Assembly: GCA_019661785.1 (NCBI GenBank)
Contig: JAIFWP010000004.1
Location: forward strand, 1 to 51,374
Direction of reading: 5' to 3'
DNA length: 51,374 nucleotides
Source: Candidatus Parcubacteria bacterium
GTDB lineage: Bacteria > Patescibacteriota > Minisyncoccia > Phycocordibacterales > Zambryskibacteraceae
Part shown: positions 1 to 8,565 of the stretch, in pieces
How the letters are laid out: each line of letters opens with the position of its first letter
Numbering within the stretch: position 1 is the stretch's first letter
The notes under the pieces: model-generated
What the model was told of the DNA's origin: nothing
The model's database searches: none
The model's input: the letters and a program-made list of their open reading frames with translations, nothing else
Position numbers and translations under genes: made by a program

Positions 1-604
1 GGACAGAGAAGATGTCTCCAGTTGGAATGGTTGAGATGATACTGAAGGTGCCGTTGTTCTGCTCATAGTTATTGACGAAGAGATCGGTGAAGGTGCCGAT
101 AGATGAGAAGAGAGATGTTGAGGTGGCGTGGGTGGAGGTGGCATATGTGGTCGAGGCAATATTGCCGACGACATTTTGCGCTACGAAGGCGGCTGGCACG
201 GCGCCTATCACCTTCCTCGGAGACATCTCCCCATCCCACACAGGGGTGATACTGTCGCTGCCGCCTATCTCCACTCCAAGGTAGAGAGTTTGGTTGAAAT
301 CCACACCGGTAAAAGGTGTCGTCGAGCCAAGCATTATAGAGAAGAGGCCCTTCGTAACCTCTACCCTGTTGGTCCCTGTAAGAGTCTCAGTCCATATAGC
401 TGCTGTGCCCGAGGCTGCAGTATATAAATTGAAGCGCATATTATAAGAGCCGTCGGTCACGGCCACGTTCTGCGGAGTGATGAGGCGTCCTTGGTAATTC
501 ACCTGCGCATTGAAGGCGGCATGAACCGGAGCGGCGAATGCCAAATGGCAAATAACCAAGAGAGCTGCGAATGCCAAATGGCGAATGTTGAATTTATTAG
601 TCAT
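1..604 (-). CDS. Secreted surface protein, tail-fibre/adhesin-like, N-terminal part only (runs off the window edge; not in ORF track)
   Basis: Manual translation from ATG at 604: MTNKFNIRHLAFAALLVICHLAFAAPVHAAFNAQVNYQGRLITPQNVAVTDGSYNMRFNLYTAASGTAAIWTETL...GLFSIMLGSTTPF...LYLGVEIGG...DGEMSPRK. It has a signal peptide, the NYQGRL...DG.YN.RF.LY N-terminal module typical of CPR tail-fibre-like surface proteins, and ATST-rich repeats. The frame stays open to the edge. Confidence 0.85.
   Translation of the reverse strand, partial: MTNKFNIRHLAFAALLVICHLAFAAPVHAAFNAQVNYQGRLITPQNVAVTDGSYNMRFNLYTAASGTAAIWTETLTGTNRVEVTKGLFSIMLGSTTPFTGVDFNQTLYLGVEIGGSDSITPVWDGEMSPRKVIGAVPAAFVAQNVVGNIASTTYATSTHATSTSLFSSIGTFTDLFVNNYEQNNGTFSIISTIPTGDIFSV
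534..582. repeat. 16-bp direct repeat GCGAATGCCAAATGGC (534-549 and 567-582)
   Basis: Exact duplication that encodes HLAFA twice in the signal peptide. Confidence 0.8.
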
Positions 605-2312
605 TGGACATTTGGGCTTTAGACATTTTTCCCACAAGCGCTGTCCATGGCTCCTCCTCTATAATAGTGAGCTCCTTATACTTGCGGCGGGTGAACCATA
701 CATATAGGCCAGCCACAAGCACTACGGCTATCCCGTAGCCAAAGAATTTCTTGCTCTTCTCGTCGAGAAGGAAGAGCTTTATCTCACCGAGCTTCACGGC
801 GATAGTACCCTTGAGGCTCTTCAACCCATGGTTTGCATAGTCGAGGATGTCGAGCTTGAGCTTGTAGACAGTCGGGTCGCCCAAGCTCGCCACTGTGGCC
901 TCGTACCTAGTGTGGTCGGTGTTCGGACGCAGGATAAAGGTGAATCGCTTATAGTCTGCAGTGACCATGGATACTGCTATCGTCTTTAGCACTGGCGGCA
1001 GGTGGTAGGCCCTAAGAGCCACGGTCAGGTTCTCATTCCCCACTACGCTCACGAGACCGTCTTTTACAGGCAAGCTGTCGCCGTTTTGTATGAAGAGGAA
1101 ATCATTTAAGGAGAGCTTGCCAATCTTGGGATCGACTACGCCTGCGGCAGCCAAGTTCTCAAGCGGAGATGTACCGACTTGCGCGAGCACGCCTGAGGAA
1201 TAGTTCCCCGCCAAGTCGACAGTGAAGATGGCGTAGAAGTATGTGCCATCCTGCCTCACATTTGCATCAGCGAAGCTCTCAACCCCTGAAGCGTCCTTAT
1301 TCTCGAATATCTTTTCTCCATCCTCGGGAGAGGTTGGGTAGAAGTCTTCTCGCCTGACTATACGCACCCCTACTACTCGCTTGTCGATTGGCAGCTTCCA
1401 AGCTAGGTCAACACTGGCCTGTCTTCCGCTCGTGGAAGGACTCATGGTCGCGGTAAAATTTGTAACATTGGCTGGACGCGCAGAGAGAGCGATATTCGCC
1501 GTACGGAAAGTCATATAGTAAGTGGTCACATGGTCATAGCCATCGCGGAGAAGCACCTTGACCATATAGAGAGTCCCCGGCGAGAGATGCTCTAGGAGGA
1601 AGGTGTGTAGATCAGCGAATCCCTGCGAGAGATGCCCATCAGCATAGGATGCATCTTTCCCCCACAAGAGCTCTGCCTTGAGCGTGGTTGTGGTGACAAA
1701 GGAGATGACAGCACTCTCGTCGCTGGCTGAGACGCTCCAATGTATTACCGAAGAGCCCAATATCCCAGGAGTGGGCGCGCCCCCAGGTATCGAGCCTGAG
1801 AATGTCCTCGCAGTGACTGGGTCAGACAGAGGACCTTCGTTCCCCGCAGCATCTACGGCCGAGACTCTGTAGACATATTGAGTATTGGCGCTCAACCCTG
1901 AGTCGACATAATCCCGTGGGAAGCTTGCTACATCATTCACCTTCACTCCGTCGCGGTATATGTAGTAGCGATCTATGCCATAGTCGTCGAAAGCCTCTCC
2001 CCAAGCAAGCTCTATCTCATCTGTACTAAGAGGTGTCGCGCTCAAGGATGGCGTAATGCCTGGCGGTACTATGTCGAGCTGCATGAACTCGTATCCCTGT
2101 AGGCCTGTGTAGTTCGTCGAGCTAGAGACTCCAGAGACTAGTTCTCCGGCTGTATCTTGAAGGGCATAGCTCCCCGACTCCGAGCGAGCGCCTGCGATGT
2201 TCACGCTGTCAGATTGGATCTTGTAAACGCTTGAGGACATAGCCTGCTGCGCATAAGCAATCTGCGTTGTAGAGAGCGAGAGTATGCAGATAGTTAATAG
2301 AGTCCTTTTCAT
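597..2312 (-). CDS. Fibronectin type III domain cell-surface protein with C-terminal membrane anchor
   Basis: Signal peptide (AYA|Q), FN3 motifs (IELAW...YYIYRDG...YVDSGLSANTQYVYRVSAVDAAGNEG; LEHLSPGTLY; VDLAGNYS) and a C-terminal TM followed by RRK. Confidence 0.85.
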   Translation of the reverse strand: MKRTLLTICILSLSTTQIAYAQQAMSSSVYKIQSDSVNIAGARSESGSYALQDTAGELVSGVSSSTNYTGLQGYEFMQLDIVPPGITPSLSATPLSTDEIELAWGEAFDDYGIDRYYIYRDGVKVNDVASFPRDYVDSGLSANTQYVYRVSAVDAAGNEGPLSDPVTARTFSGSIPGGAPTPGILGSSVIHWSVSASDESAVISFVTTTTLKAELLWGKDASYADGHLSQGFADLHTFLLEHLSPGTLYMVKVLLRDGYDHVTTYYMTFRTANIALSARPANVTNFTATMSPSTSGRQASVDLAWKLPIDKRVVGVRIVRREDFYPTSPEDGEKIFENKDASGVESFADANVRQDGTYFYAIFTVDLAGNYSSGVLAQVGTSPLENLAAAGVVDPKIGKLSLNDFLFIQNGDSLPVKDGLVSVVGNENLTVALRAYHLPPVLKTIAVSMVTADYKRFTFILRPNTDHTRYEATVASLGDPTVYKLKLDILDYANHGLKSLKGTIAVKLGEIKLFLLDEKSKKFFGYGIAVVLVAGLYVWFTRRKYKELTIIEEEPWTALVGKMSKAQMSND

Positions 2313-2318
2313 TGCTTT

Positions 2319-3437
2319 CTAGTTGTTCTCTTTATTTTTGTCTTTGATAGGCACGAGAACATATGTGTATGAGCCGGTGGAAGAGCTCTCTTTGAAAACC
2401 GGAGTGATTATGCCAGACGCGCCGTCCGCATCGCCGTATATGGACACTTCATCTGAGAAGATGTTTTTGATCTTCTGCACTGTACCTAAGTGGTCGCCAC
2501 CATCTTCTGTCACGACTACGCCCTCGGCGAGAGGCTTCGTCTTGACCTCTGCGACCTGAGGCGCTGCGACAGGAGTTACTCCAGATAATATGCCAGAGAA
2601 GAAGTCCTTCACCCCGCTGCCCAAAGCCGAGGCTAAGTGCGAGGAGCCTGTTCGTACTGGGGCCATCACCACGTCCGCGGTGTTCATAGCTAGAGCTATC
2701 TTCATGTCTATGCTGTCAGCGGAACTAGGCGAGAGGAAACCAATCCAAGAGTAAGACACAGCGGAGATAATCATGAGCGAGAGCGAGACTGTGACAGTGT
2801 GGCGCATCATGCGCGAGTAGTTTGTCTGAGGCTTTTCCTTAGAGAGGTTTGGCAATGGAGAGAGTTTCTCAGGCAAGTACGATATGCTCTTCGATTTAAC
2901 TTCTGATTTAACTTGAGCTTTGGGCAAAAGTTTTGGGAGTACACGAGCAGTTGGATATTTGTTTACTGATCGTATGACAGGAAGACTGGGTGCTGTTATC
3001 ACCAGTTCCTGCGGAAGTTTTGCAGAGAAAGAATTTTGCTTCTTATAGGCGAGCAATGACTTGCGAGATACATACCAAGCCCGGCCCATCATCTTGCCTT
3101 CTACAACTCCACCTCTTATGAGCTGTCCAACATAATCCGTCGTATACCCCGACTCCCTTGCGGCTACGATACTTGATATGAACTTCTCTCCGTTTATGTA
3201 AATCTCCTTTTTTCCTAAGGCTGGTCTACCGAGCTTAATGCTCTTCTCTGAGCCATTGTCCTTCCTGTATCGCAAGAGTGATCTCCTAGAGACAAACCAG
3301 GTCCTGCCGACCATCTTTCCTGACACCGCACCAGACCTTGCTAACTGGCCGATATAATCCGCAGAGTACCCGAGATCTAGTCCTGCTCGTTTAGCCGAGA
3401 TAAATTTCTCGCCATCAATTAAAAGGTCCTTATTCAT
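2319..3437 (-). CDS. Protein with two excisionase-like helix-turn-helix domains and a transmembrane helix
   Basis: Two ~53-aa repeats (GEKFIS..A....GY..DY.GQL.R.G.V.GKM.GR.W.VSR.SLL.Y), then a K/P-rich linker and a hydrophobic segment (VTVSLSLMIISAVSYSWIGFL). Confidence 0.8.
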   Translation of the reverse strand: MNKDLLIDGEKFISAKRAGLDLGYSADYIGQLARSGAVSGKMVGRTWFVSRRSLLRYRKDNGSEKSIKLGRPALGKKEIYINGEKFISSIVAARESGYTTDYVGQLIRGGVVEGKMMGRAWYVSRKSLLAYKKQNSFSAKLPQELVITAPSLPVIRSVNKYPTARVLPKLLPKAQVKSEVKSKSISYLPEKLSPLPNLSKEKPQTNYSRMMRHTVTVSLSLMIISAVSYSWIGFLSPSSADSIDMKIALAMNTADVVMAPVRTGSSHLASALGSGVKDFFSGILSGVTPVAAPQVAEVKTKPLAEGVVVTEDGGDHLGTVQKIKNIFSDEVSIYGDADGASGIITPVFKESSSTGSYTYVLVPIKDKNKENN

Positions 3438-3689
3438 CAACGTAAATTATAGTTCCAATCTCGGCAGTTGCATACGAAATTAAATAAGAGATATGGGGAC
3501 AAGTCTTAGATAAATTGGCTCACTGAGTATCAATTATTCGACCAGGGCTGAATTACGTAGTTAAGCCGTATTCTGGGATCCAAGAGCTAAGGGCCTTTCT
3601 TCTCCACAGACAGGATAGCTTAACCTTGATAACCTATATGAAAAGATATAAGATTATCTATATAGCTTTAGTAATGTTTAGATAAGACT

Positions 3690-3926
3690 ATGTCAGAAAT
3701 CTACTTCTCAGTTAAAGAAGCCGCCGAGATACTTGGAGTCACTCCGCTTACTCTTCGCAATTGGGATAAGTCCGGCAAGTTCCCCGCCCAGAGGCATCCT
3801 ATGAATAACTACCGTGTGTATAAGCACTCCTCACTCCTTAAGGTCATTGATGATATAGAGAACGGCACTAGCAAGTCGAACGCCGAGAAGCGCATCAAGC
3901 GCCTCATGATAAAGCATCTAGACTAA
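3690..3926 (+). CDS. Small MerR-family HTH DNA-binding protein
   Basis: Motif YFSVKEAAEILGVTPLTLRNWDKSGK...RHPMNNYRVY. Confidence 0.9.
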   Translation: MSEIYFSVKEAAEILGVTPLTLRNWDKSGKFPAQRHPMNNYRVYKHSSLLKVIDDIENGTSKSNAEKRIKRLMIKHLD

Positions 3927-5273
3927 CTCGGAGAAGATTTTCTTCAGCACTTGAGGATTCGCTCTGCCCTTTGTAGCTTTGATACCCTGACCAACCAAAA
4001 AGTCTACTATCTTAACATTTGGATTCTCCGCGATGACTTTCTCCGCTATAAGGCGCAGCTCGCTCTCATTACTCATTTGTATTAAATTATTTTTCTCGGC
4101 AATCTGTCGAGGGAGAGTGTCGTTATTCCCTTCCAATTCCTTCAGTATTATCTTTGCGCTAGTTGATGACACTTCGCCATCTGAGATGAGCTGCATTGTG
4201 GCGATAACGCTCTCTGGAGTCGCCTTGAGGACACTCGGGTTCGTGGCAATGTAGTTTGAAGCCAGTTTTAGCAGTGTTTTATTCGACGTTAAATCAATCA
4301 GCTTGTCGAGGTATTGACCTCTCTCAATATCTCTCGTGTAAGACTCGGCGGACTCCAGAGTAAGTTCGATACCCTTCATGTACCTTTCTCGCCTCTCCCA
4401 AGGCAGCTCGGGCAAGGACTTAGCCAACTCACCTAATGCGAACTCCGGTATCTCACCTATAAATAGCTTGGGTAGGTCTGGGTCGGGGAAATAGCGGTAG
4501 TCATGCGACTCCTCCTTAGCTCTCTGAGAGAACGTCGCTTCCTTGTTCTCATCCCAACCTCTCGTCTCCTGAGCAACACGCTCTCCCCTCTCAAGAATCT
4601 CTGTCTGTCTGTCCACTTCGTATTTGATAGCCTTCTCCACTGCGCGGAAAGAGTTGAGATTCTTCACCTCAACCTTGGTACCAAGTTCATCATCCTTACT
4701 TATTGAAATGTTGGCCTCGACTCTCATCTCACCCTTCTCCATATTGGCTTCAGAGGCGCCTAGATAGCGGAGCAGGAGCTGGAGCTCCTTGGCGAAGTCA
4801 GAAGCTTTAACAGCATCATGTATAACCGGCTCCGTGACTAGCTCCATGAGCGGCACTCCAGCTCTGTTGAAATCAACCAGCGAAGAGTCTTCGGAGTGTT
4901 TAGAGTTGGCAGTATCCTCCTCAAGATGGATGCGGGTGAGCTTAACCCCAGCTATCTCTCCGCCTTCGACTAGGGGGTGCTTGTACTGGCTTATCTGGTA
5001 GCCCTTAGGTATATCTGGGTAGAAGTAGTTCTTGCGGTCGAACTCAGTGTAATCGGCGAGCTTGCCCTTGGCTGCAGCCCCTACACGGAGCACTTGGCGC
5101 ACAGCCTCCTTATTTATAACGGGCAAAGTCCCAGGATATCCTAGGCAAACCGGGCATATATGGGTATTGGGCTCAGAGTCAAAAGGGCTATTAGCCGAGT
5201 CACAGAACATCTTCGTCCTAGTCCGGAGCTCTGCGTGTATCTCGAGGCCTATAGTGGGCTTGTAGTCGCTCAT
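3918..5273 (-). CDS. gatB: Asp-tRNA(Asn)/Glu-tRNA(Gln) amidotransferase subunit B
   Basis: Motifs IGLEIHAEL, CPVCLGYPGTLP, RKNYFYPD, RIHLEED, DFNRAGVPLMELVTEP, VEVKNLNSF, YRYFPDPDLP. Confidence 0.98.
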   Translation of the reverse strand: MSDYKPTIGLEIHAELRTRTKMFCDSANSPFDSEPNTHICPVCLGYPGTLPVINKEAVRQVLRVGAAAKGKLADYTEFDRKNYFYPDIPKGYQISQYKHPLVEGGEIAGVKLTRIHLEEDTANSKHSEDSSLVDFNRAGVPLMELVTEPVIHDAVKASDFAKELQLLLRYLGASEANMEKGEMRVEANISISKDDELGTKVEVKNLNSFRAVEKAIKYEVDRQTEILERGERVAQETRGWDENKEATFSQRAKEESHDYRYFPDPDLPKLFIGEIPEFALGELAKSLPELPWERRERYMKGIELTLESAESYTRDIERGQYLDKLIDLTSNKTLLKLASNYIATNPSVLKATPESVIATMQLISDGEVSSTSAKIILKELEGNNDTLPRQIAEKNNLIQMSNESELRLIAEKVIAENPNVKIVDFLVGQGIKATKGRANPQVLKKIFSELV

Positions 5274-6229
5274 GAGAAGCTCGTCAAGTAATCCTTCAAG
5301 TTCTTTATAAGAATATCATCTATTATGGATACTGGTAGTACTGTCCTCTTGAGACCCTTGAGGAGCTTCATCCTCTCCTCCCTCTCCTCCTCTGATACGG
5401 TGTCGATTTTTGTGAGAAGTATTATCTCCTGCTTGTCAGCGATATCCTTGTTATATAAGAGGAGCTCCTTGCGCACCACATCATAGGCCTTCAGAGGGTC
5501 TGGCTCATCAGCTGAAATACAATGGAGCAGAGCCTTGGTCCTCCTTACATGGCGGAGGAACTTGTGCCCCAAGCCCTTGCCCTCCGCAGCACCCTCAATG
5601 AGGCCCGGTATGTCGGCCAAAATGAAGCCAAAGAGCTCGCCCAAGTTAGGCTCGAGCGTTGTGAAGGCGAAAGCCCCTACCTTGGCCTCGGCTCGCGTGA
5701 GAGCATTTAAGAGGCTCGACTTGCCAGCATTTGGCAACCCTATAAGGCCGAAGTCGGCCACGAGCATCACCTCTATATGTATATCTGCTTCCTCCCCCTC
5801 CTTACCGGGAGTCGACTCCTTGGGACTCACGTTCACAGAAGACTTGAAGGATTCATTGCCCCGGCCTCCATTGCCGCCTGAGAGAAGCTTCAGCCTCTGG
5901 CCCTCCTCCGAAAGGTCGAAGGTATGGCCTGTAGTCATGTTCTTAAGCACCGAGCCTATCGGGAACTTCATGGTAATGTCCTTGCCGTCTGCTCCATGCT
6001 TCCTGTCCTTCATGCCGTCCTCGCCATCGCCCGCGGCAAAGACCTTCACATCCCTGTACGAAGCTAGGATGCCTATATCGCGCACGGCCTCGGCATACAC
6101 GTCGCCGCCAGAGCCGCCGTTGCCGCCTGAGGGACCGCCTGAGTCCTTGCCCTTCTCATGCCTCCAGCGCACTACTCCGTCGCCGCCCTTGCCTGCCTTG
6201 AGATGCAGAGTGATTTCGTCTATGAACAT
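5270..6229 (-). CDS. obgE: Obg family GTPase
   Basis: Gly-rich Obg fold (GKGGDG, GGPSGGNGGSGGDV), G1 GLPNAGKSS, FTTLEPNLG, DIPGLIEGA, TKID. Confidence 0.97.
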   Translation of the reverse strand: MFIDEITLHLKAGKGGDGVVRWRHEKGKDSGGPSGGNGGSGGDVYAEAVRDIGILASYRDVKVFAAGDGEDGMKDRKHGADGKDITMKFPIGSVLKNMTTGHTFDLSEEGQRLKLLSGGNGGRGNESFKSSVNVSPKESTPGKEGEEADIHIEVMLVADFGLIGLPNAGKSSLLNALTRAEAKVGAFAFTTLEPNLGELFGFILADIPGLIEGAAEGKGLGHKFLRHVRRTKALLHCISADEPDPLKAYDVVRKELLLYNKDIADKQEIILLTKIDTVSEEEREERMKLLKGLKRTVLPVSIIDDILIKNLKDYLTSFS

Positions 6230-6238
6230 ATCCTAACC

Positions 6239-7141
6239 TTACTGTTCGAGAGCCTTCTTCGCAAGGGCTAGCGCGCCTTCCTTGCTAGCAGCAAGACACA
6301 TAAAACCGCTCCTATGGCAGAACTTAGCATCCTTAACTCCTGTAGCCTGTTCAAGCTCTTGGCCGTCTTTGGCTCGCCAAGACTCTGGCAAAGGCTTACG
6401 AGATGCGAATGTCGCAGGGTCCTTCTTGATAGCTAGGACTTGCCACGAGGTTCCAGCTCTCTCAGCACGGTAGAGCACTGCATATATAGGCTCAGGGAAA
6501 TTCACTAAAGTGTTCATAACTATTTCTCGTCCGAAGTCGTGCGACTCATCCATGATAATGAGCCGCCTATCAGTAGATTTTTCGTATGCATCTTTAACAA
6601 ATTTTTGCGCCTCAAAAGCATCGGAGGTTATCTTGATTTCCCTAGTGATTATCCATTTGGCCAAGCGCACAGCTTCGAAAAAGCTCTTATCCCAGTTTTC
6701 CTCTTCCTTCCATGTAGGACGATACAAATCTACGATTCCGTTCACAGTAAAAGGAAACACATTGGGAAAATTCGGAGTAATTATGTCCTGCCCATTGTCT
6801 CCGGCATCAATAAGCTGAGTAAGTGTTTGGTCTATCTTTGCCGCTACCTCTGGCAATCCAGCAATCTTATCTCCATAAGTCTTCCATATAAGGCCGAAAG
6901 AGGCGTATTGGATGCCATTATCCCTCTTCCCCGCCCCGCCCATCTGATGATGGTCAAACCTATTCTTTGCCGGATCAAAGACTCCTCCAAGATCCAATGC
7001 GTAGTCTGCTGCATTAACCAAGCCCGCATCTCGAGTACGTGTGACTTCGACATTTTCCTCACCTAGCAGGAGATACAGAGCGGCGACACCAAAAACATCA
7101 TCAGCGTGGAACTTAGCATCATGGGTGACTATCTTAATCAT
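6239..7141 (-). CDS. MYG1 family exonuclease/metal-dependent hydrolase
   Basis: Motifs THDAKFHADD, RTRD, DLGGVFDP...FDHHQ, ASFGLIWK, FCHRSGF. Confidence 0.93.
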   Translation of the reverse strand: MIKIVTHDAKFHADDVFGVAALYLLLGEENVEVTRTRDAGLVNAADYALDLGGVFDPAKNRFDHHQMGGAGKRDNGIQYASFGLIWKTYGDKIAGLPEVAAKIDQTLTQLIDAGDNGQDIITPNFPNVFPFTVNGIVDLYRPTWKEEENWDKSFFEAVRLAKWIITREIKITSDAFEAQKFVKDAYEKSTDRRLIIMDESHDFGREIVMNTLVNFPEPIYAVLYRAERAGTSWQVLAIKKDPATFASRKPLPESWRAKDGQELEQATGVKDAKFCHRSGFMCLAASKEGALALAKKALEQ

Positions 7142-7637
7142 GCTTCTTGCTTATATAAGCCAGCAGCAAAAGGTAGGCGCAAACAGTAAGGCTCATAACA
7201 GGGATAGTGATGTAGCCGAAGGCGTGTACATAGACCTTGAGGCAGGCTCCGCCTGCCGAGGTGCAGGCGAGGAGAGACTTGCCGCCAGACTGGGCATATA
7301 TCTGATAGAGAGACACCGCAGCCGCCAGAGCCGTAAGCCGCCATGAATACCTGAAGACTCCCCCATCCTTATGCTTTAAAGCGGTCAAGAAGAGGATGAG
7401 CTGAGGATACAAAAGGATTCTTTGCCACCAACATAGCTCACAAGGCTCATATCCAAGGCCAAGCGAGTAGTAAAGGCTTCCGATAATAGACGCCAAAACA
7501 ACGAGTAGGCCAAGGACCACTGAGTGCTTGCCTATCCACGACGTGATGCTCGGAACCTTAAATACTAAAGCCAACACGACAAGCACAAAAACAATATTGG
7601 ATATGAGGACAAGCGGAGGGATTATCTGTGTAATCAC
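7134..7637 (-). CDS. dsbB: Disulfide bond formation protein B (DsbB/BdbC-like)
   Basis: PCELCWWQRI motif, several TM helices, second Cys pair (C..AGGAC), ITIP.MSL. Confidence 0.9.
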   Translation of the reverse strand: MITQIIPPLVLISNIVFVLVVLALVFKVPSITSWIGKHSVVLGLLVVLASIIGSLYYSLGLGYEPCELCWWQRILLYPQLILFLTALKHKDGGVFRYSWRLTALAAAVSLYQIYAQSGGKSLLACTSAGGACLKVYVHAFGYITIPVMSLTVCAYLLLLAYISKKHD

Positions 7638-8008
7638 TGTGGCAATGGACAGTTAGTTTTCTCTGCCAGAGTCTTCAGGGTCTGTTCGCCAGTAATCCTA
7701 GAGCCATCTCTGAACTGCCATGTTGGATAGCTCTCTATCTTCGCGGCATTGCAGACTGCATTCTGCGATTGGCCATCTGGGTTTGAGCACTCTATATAGG
7801 GCAGGAGCTTCTGCGAAGAGCCGAAGAGGGCCTTGGTGGCCTGGCAGTGCGGACACCAGAAGGCTCCGTAGAATGTGGCTCCGGAGTCCTTGATACAAGT
7901 TGCCAAGCTATCGAGCTTGCCAGTCTTGCCTGGAGTGACTATAAGCCACACTACCAAAGCTACGAAAACTACTGCTACAACGCTCCATATAAGGGTGTTC
8001 TTTTTCAT
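7634..8008 (-). CDS. Membrane-anchored thioredoxin-like protein (VKOR-partner type)
   Basis: Start reassigned to MKKNTL (ATG 8008). N-terminal TM, FYGAFWCPHC, YIEC, IESYPTW. Confidence 0.88.
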   Translation of the reverse strand: MKKNTLIWSVVAVVFVALVVWLIVTPGKTGKLDSLATCIKDSGATFYGAFWCPHCQATKALFGSSQKLLPYIECSNPDGQSQNAVCNAAKIESYPTWQFRDGSRITGEQTLKTLAEKTNCPLPQ

Positions 8009-8025
8009 AATCTTATTATACAGAA

Positions 8026-8556
8026 TTATTTGAATATGCTCTGACCGAATATAAACGCTCCAACGAAGAGCCCCGCCACACGCACGAAGATGCCTCCAAA
8101 GGTGAGCAGGATAAACTTCCAGACATTCATGCGCACGATACCGGCGAGGACAGTTACTATAGTCGTCGGAGTGTATGGTATGCAGCGCGAGACGAAGACC
8201 GTCCACTCGTCGGAGTGCTTGGAAGCGAGCTTCACCCTCACCTTCTCCACTTCATCCCAAGAGAAGCCGAGATACTTCGAGAACTTGGTGATAGCTACGC
8301 GCCCGCCGCTGTAAGCGATGCCGAAGACAACAAGCGAACCCAAAGTAGCGCCAAAAGTGATGGGCAATATGACAGTCCCGAGCATTTTTCCTATGGCAGC
8401 TATCGTAATAGGTTTGCCGAAGAAAAAAGCCACCCCGACAAGGAGCAAGGGAGACGGCAGGGGGAAGGCTACTTCCTCTAGGAATGCCCCGACGAAGAAG
8501 CCGAGAGTACTCCACGCTCCTGCCTGCAAAATCCAATTTTGGACGAATGCGAACAT
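8026..8556 (-). CDS. DedA/VTT family membrane protein
   Basis: Motifs EEVAFPLPS, GATLGS...Y.GGR, VFVSRCIP, AGIVRM..WKF. Confidence 0.9.
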   Translation of the reverse strand: MFAFVQNWILQAGAWSTLGFFVGAFLEEVAFPLPSPLLLVGVAFFFGKPITIAAIGKMLGTVILPITFGATLGSLVVFGIAYSGGRVAITKFSKYLGFSWDEVEKVRVKLASKHSDEWTVFVSRCIPYTPTTIVTVLAGIVRMNVWKFILLTFGGIFVRVAGLFVGAFIFGQSIFK

Positions 8557-8565
8557 TACTCTATT

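Noticed and set aside
72-427. Two plus-strand ORFs at the window start
   Set aside because: They are antisense to the partial surface-protein gene at 1-604 on the minus strand.
5535-6236. 233-aa ORF antisense to obgE, and the many other antisense ORFs in the track
   Set aside because: These are shadow ORFs of well-supported genes, with no motifs or initiation signals.
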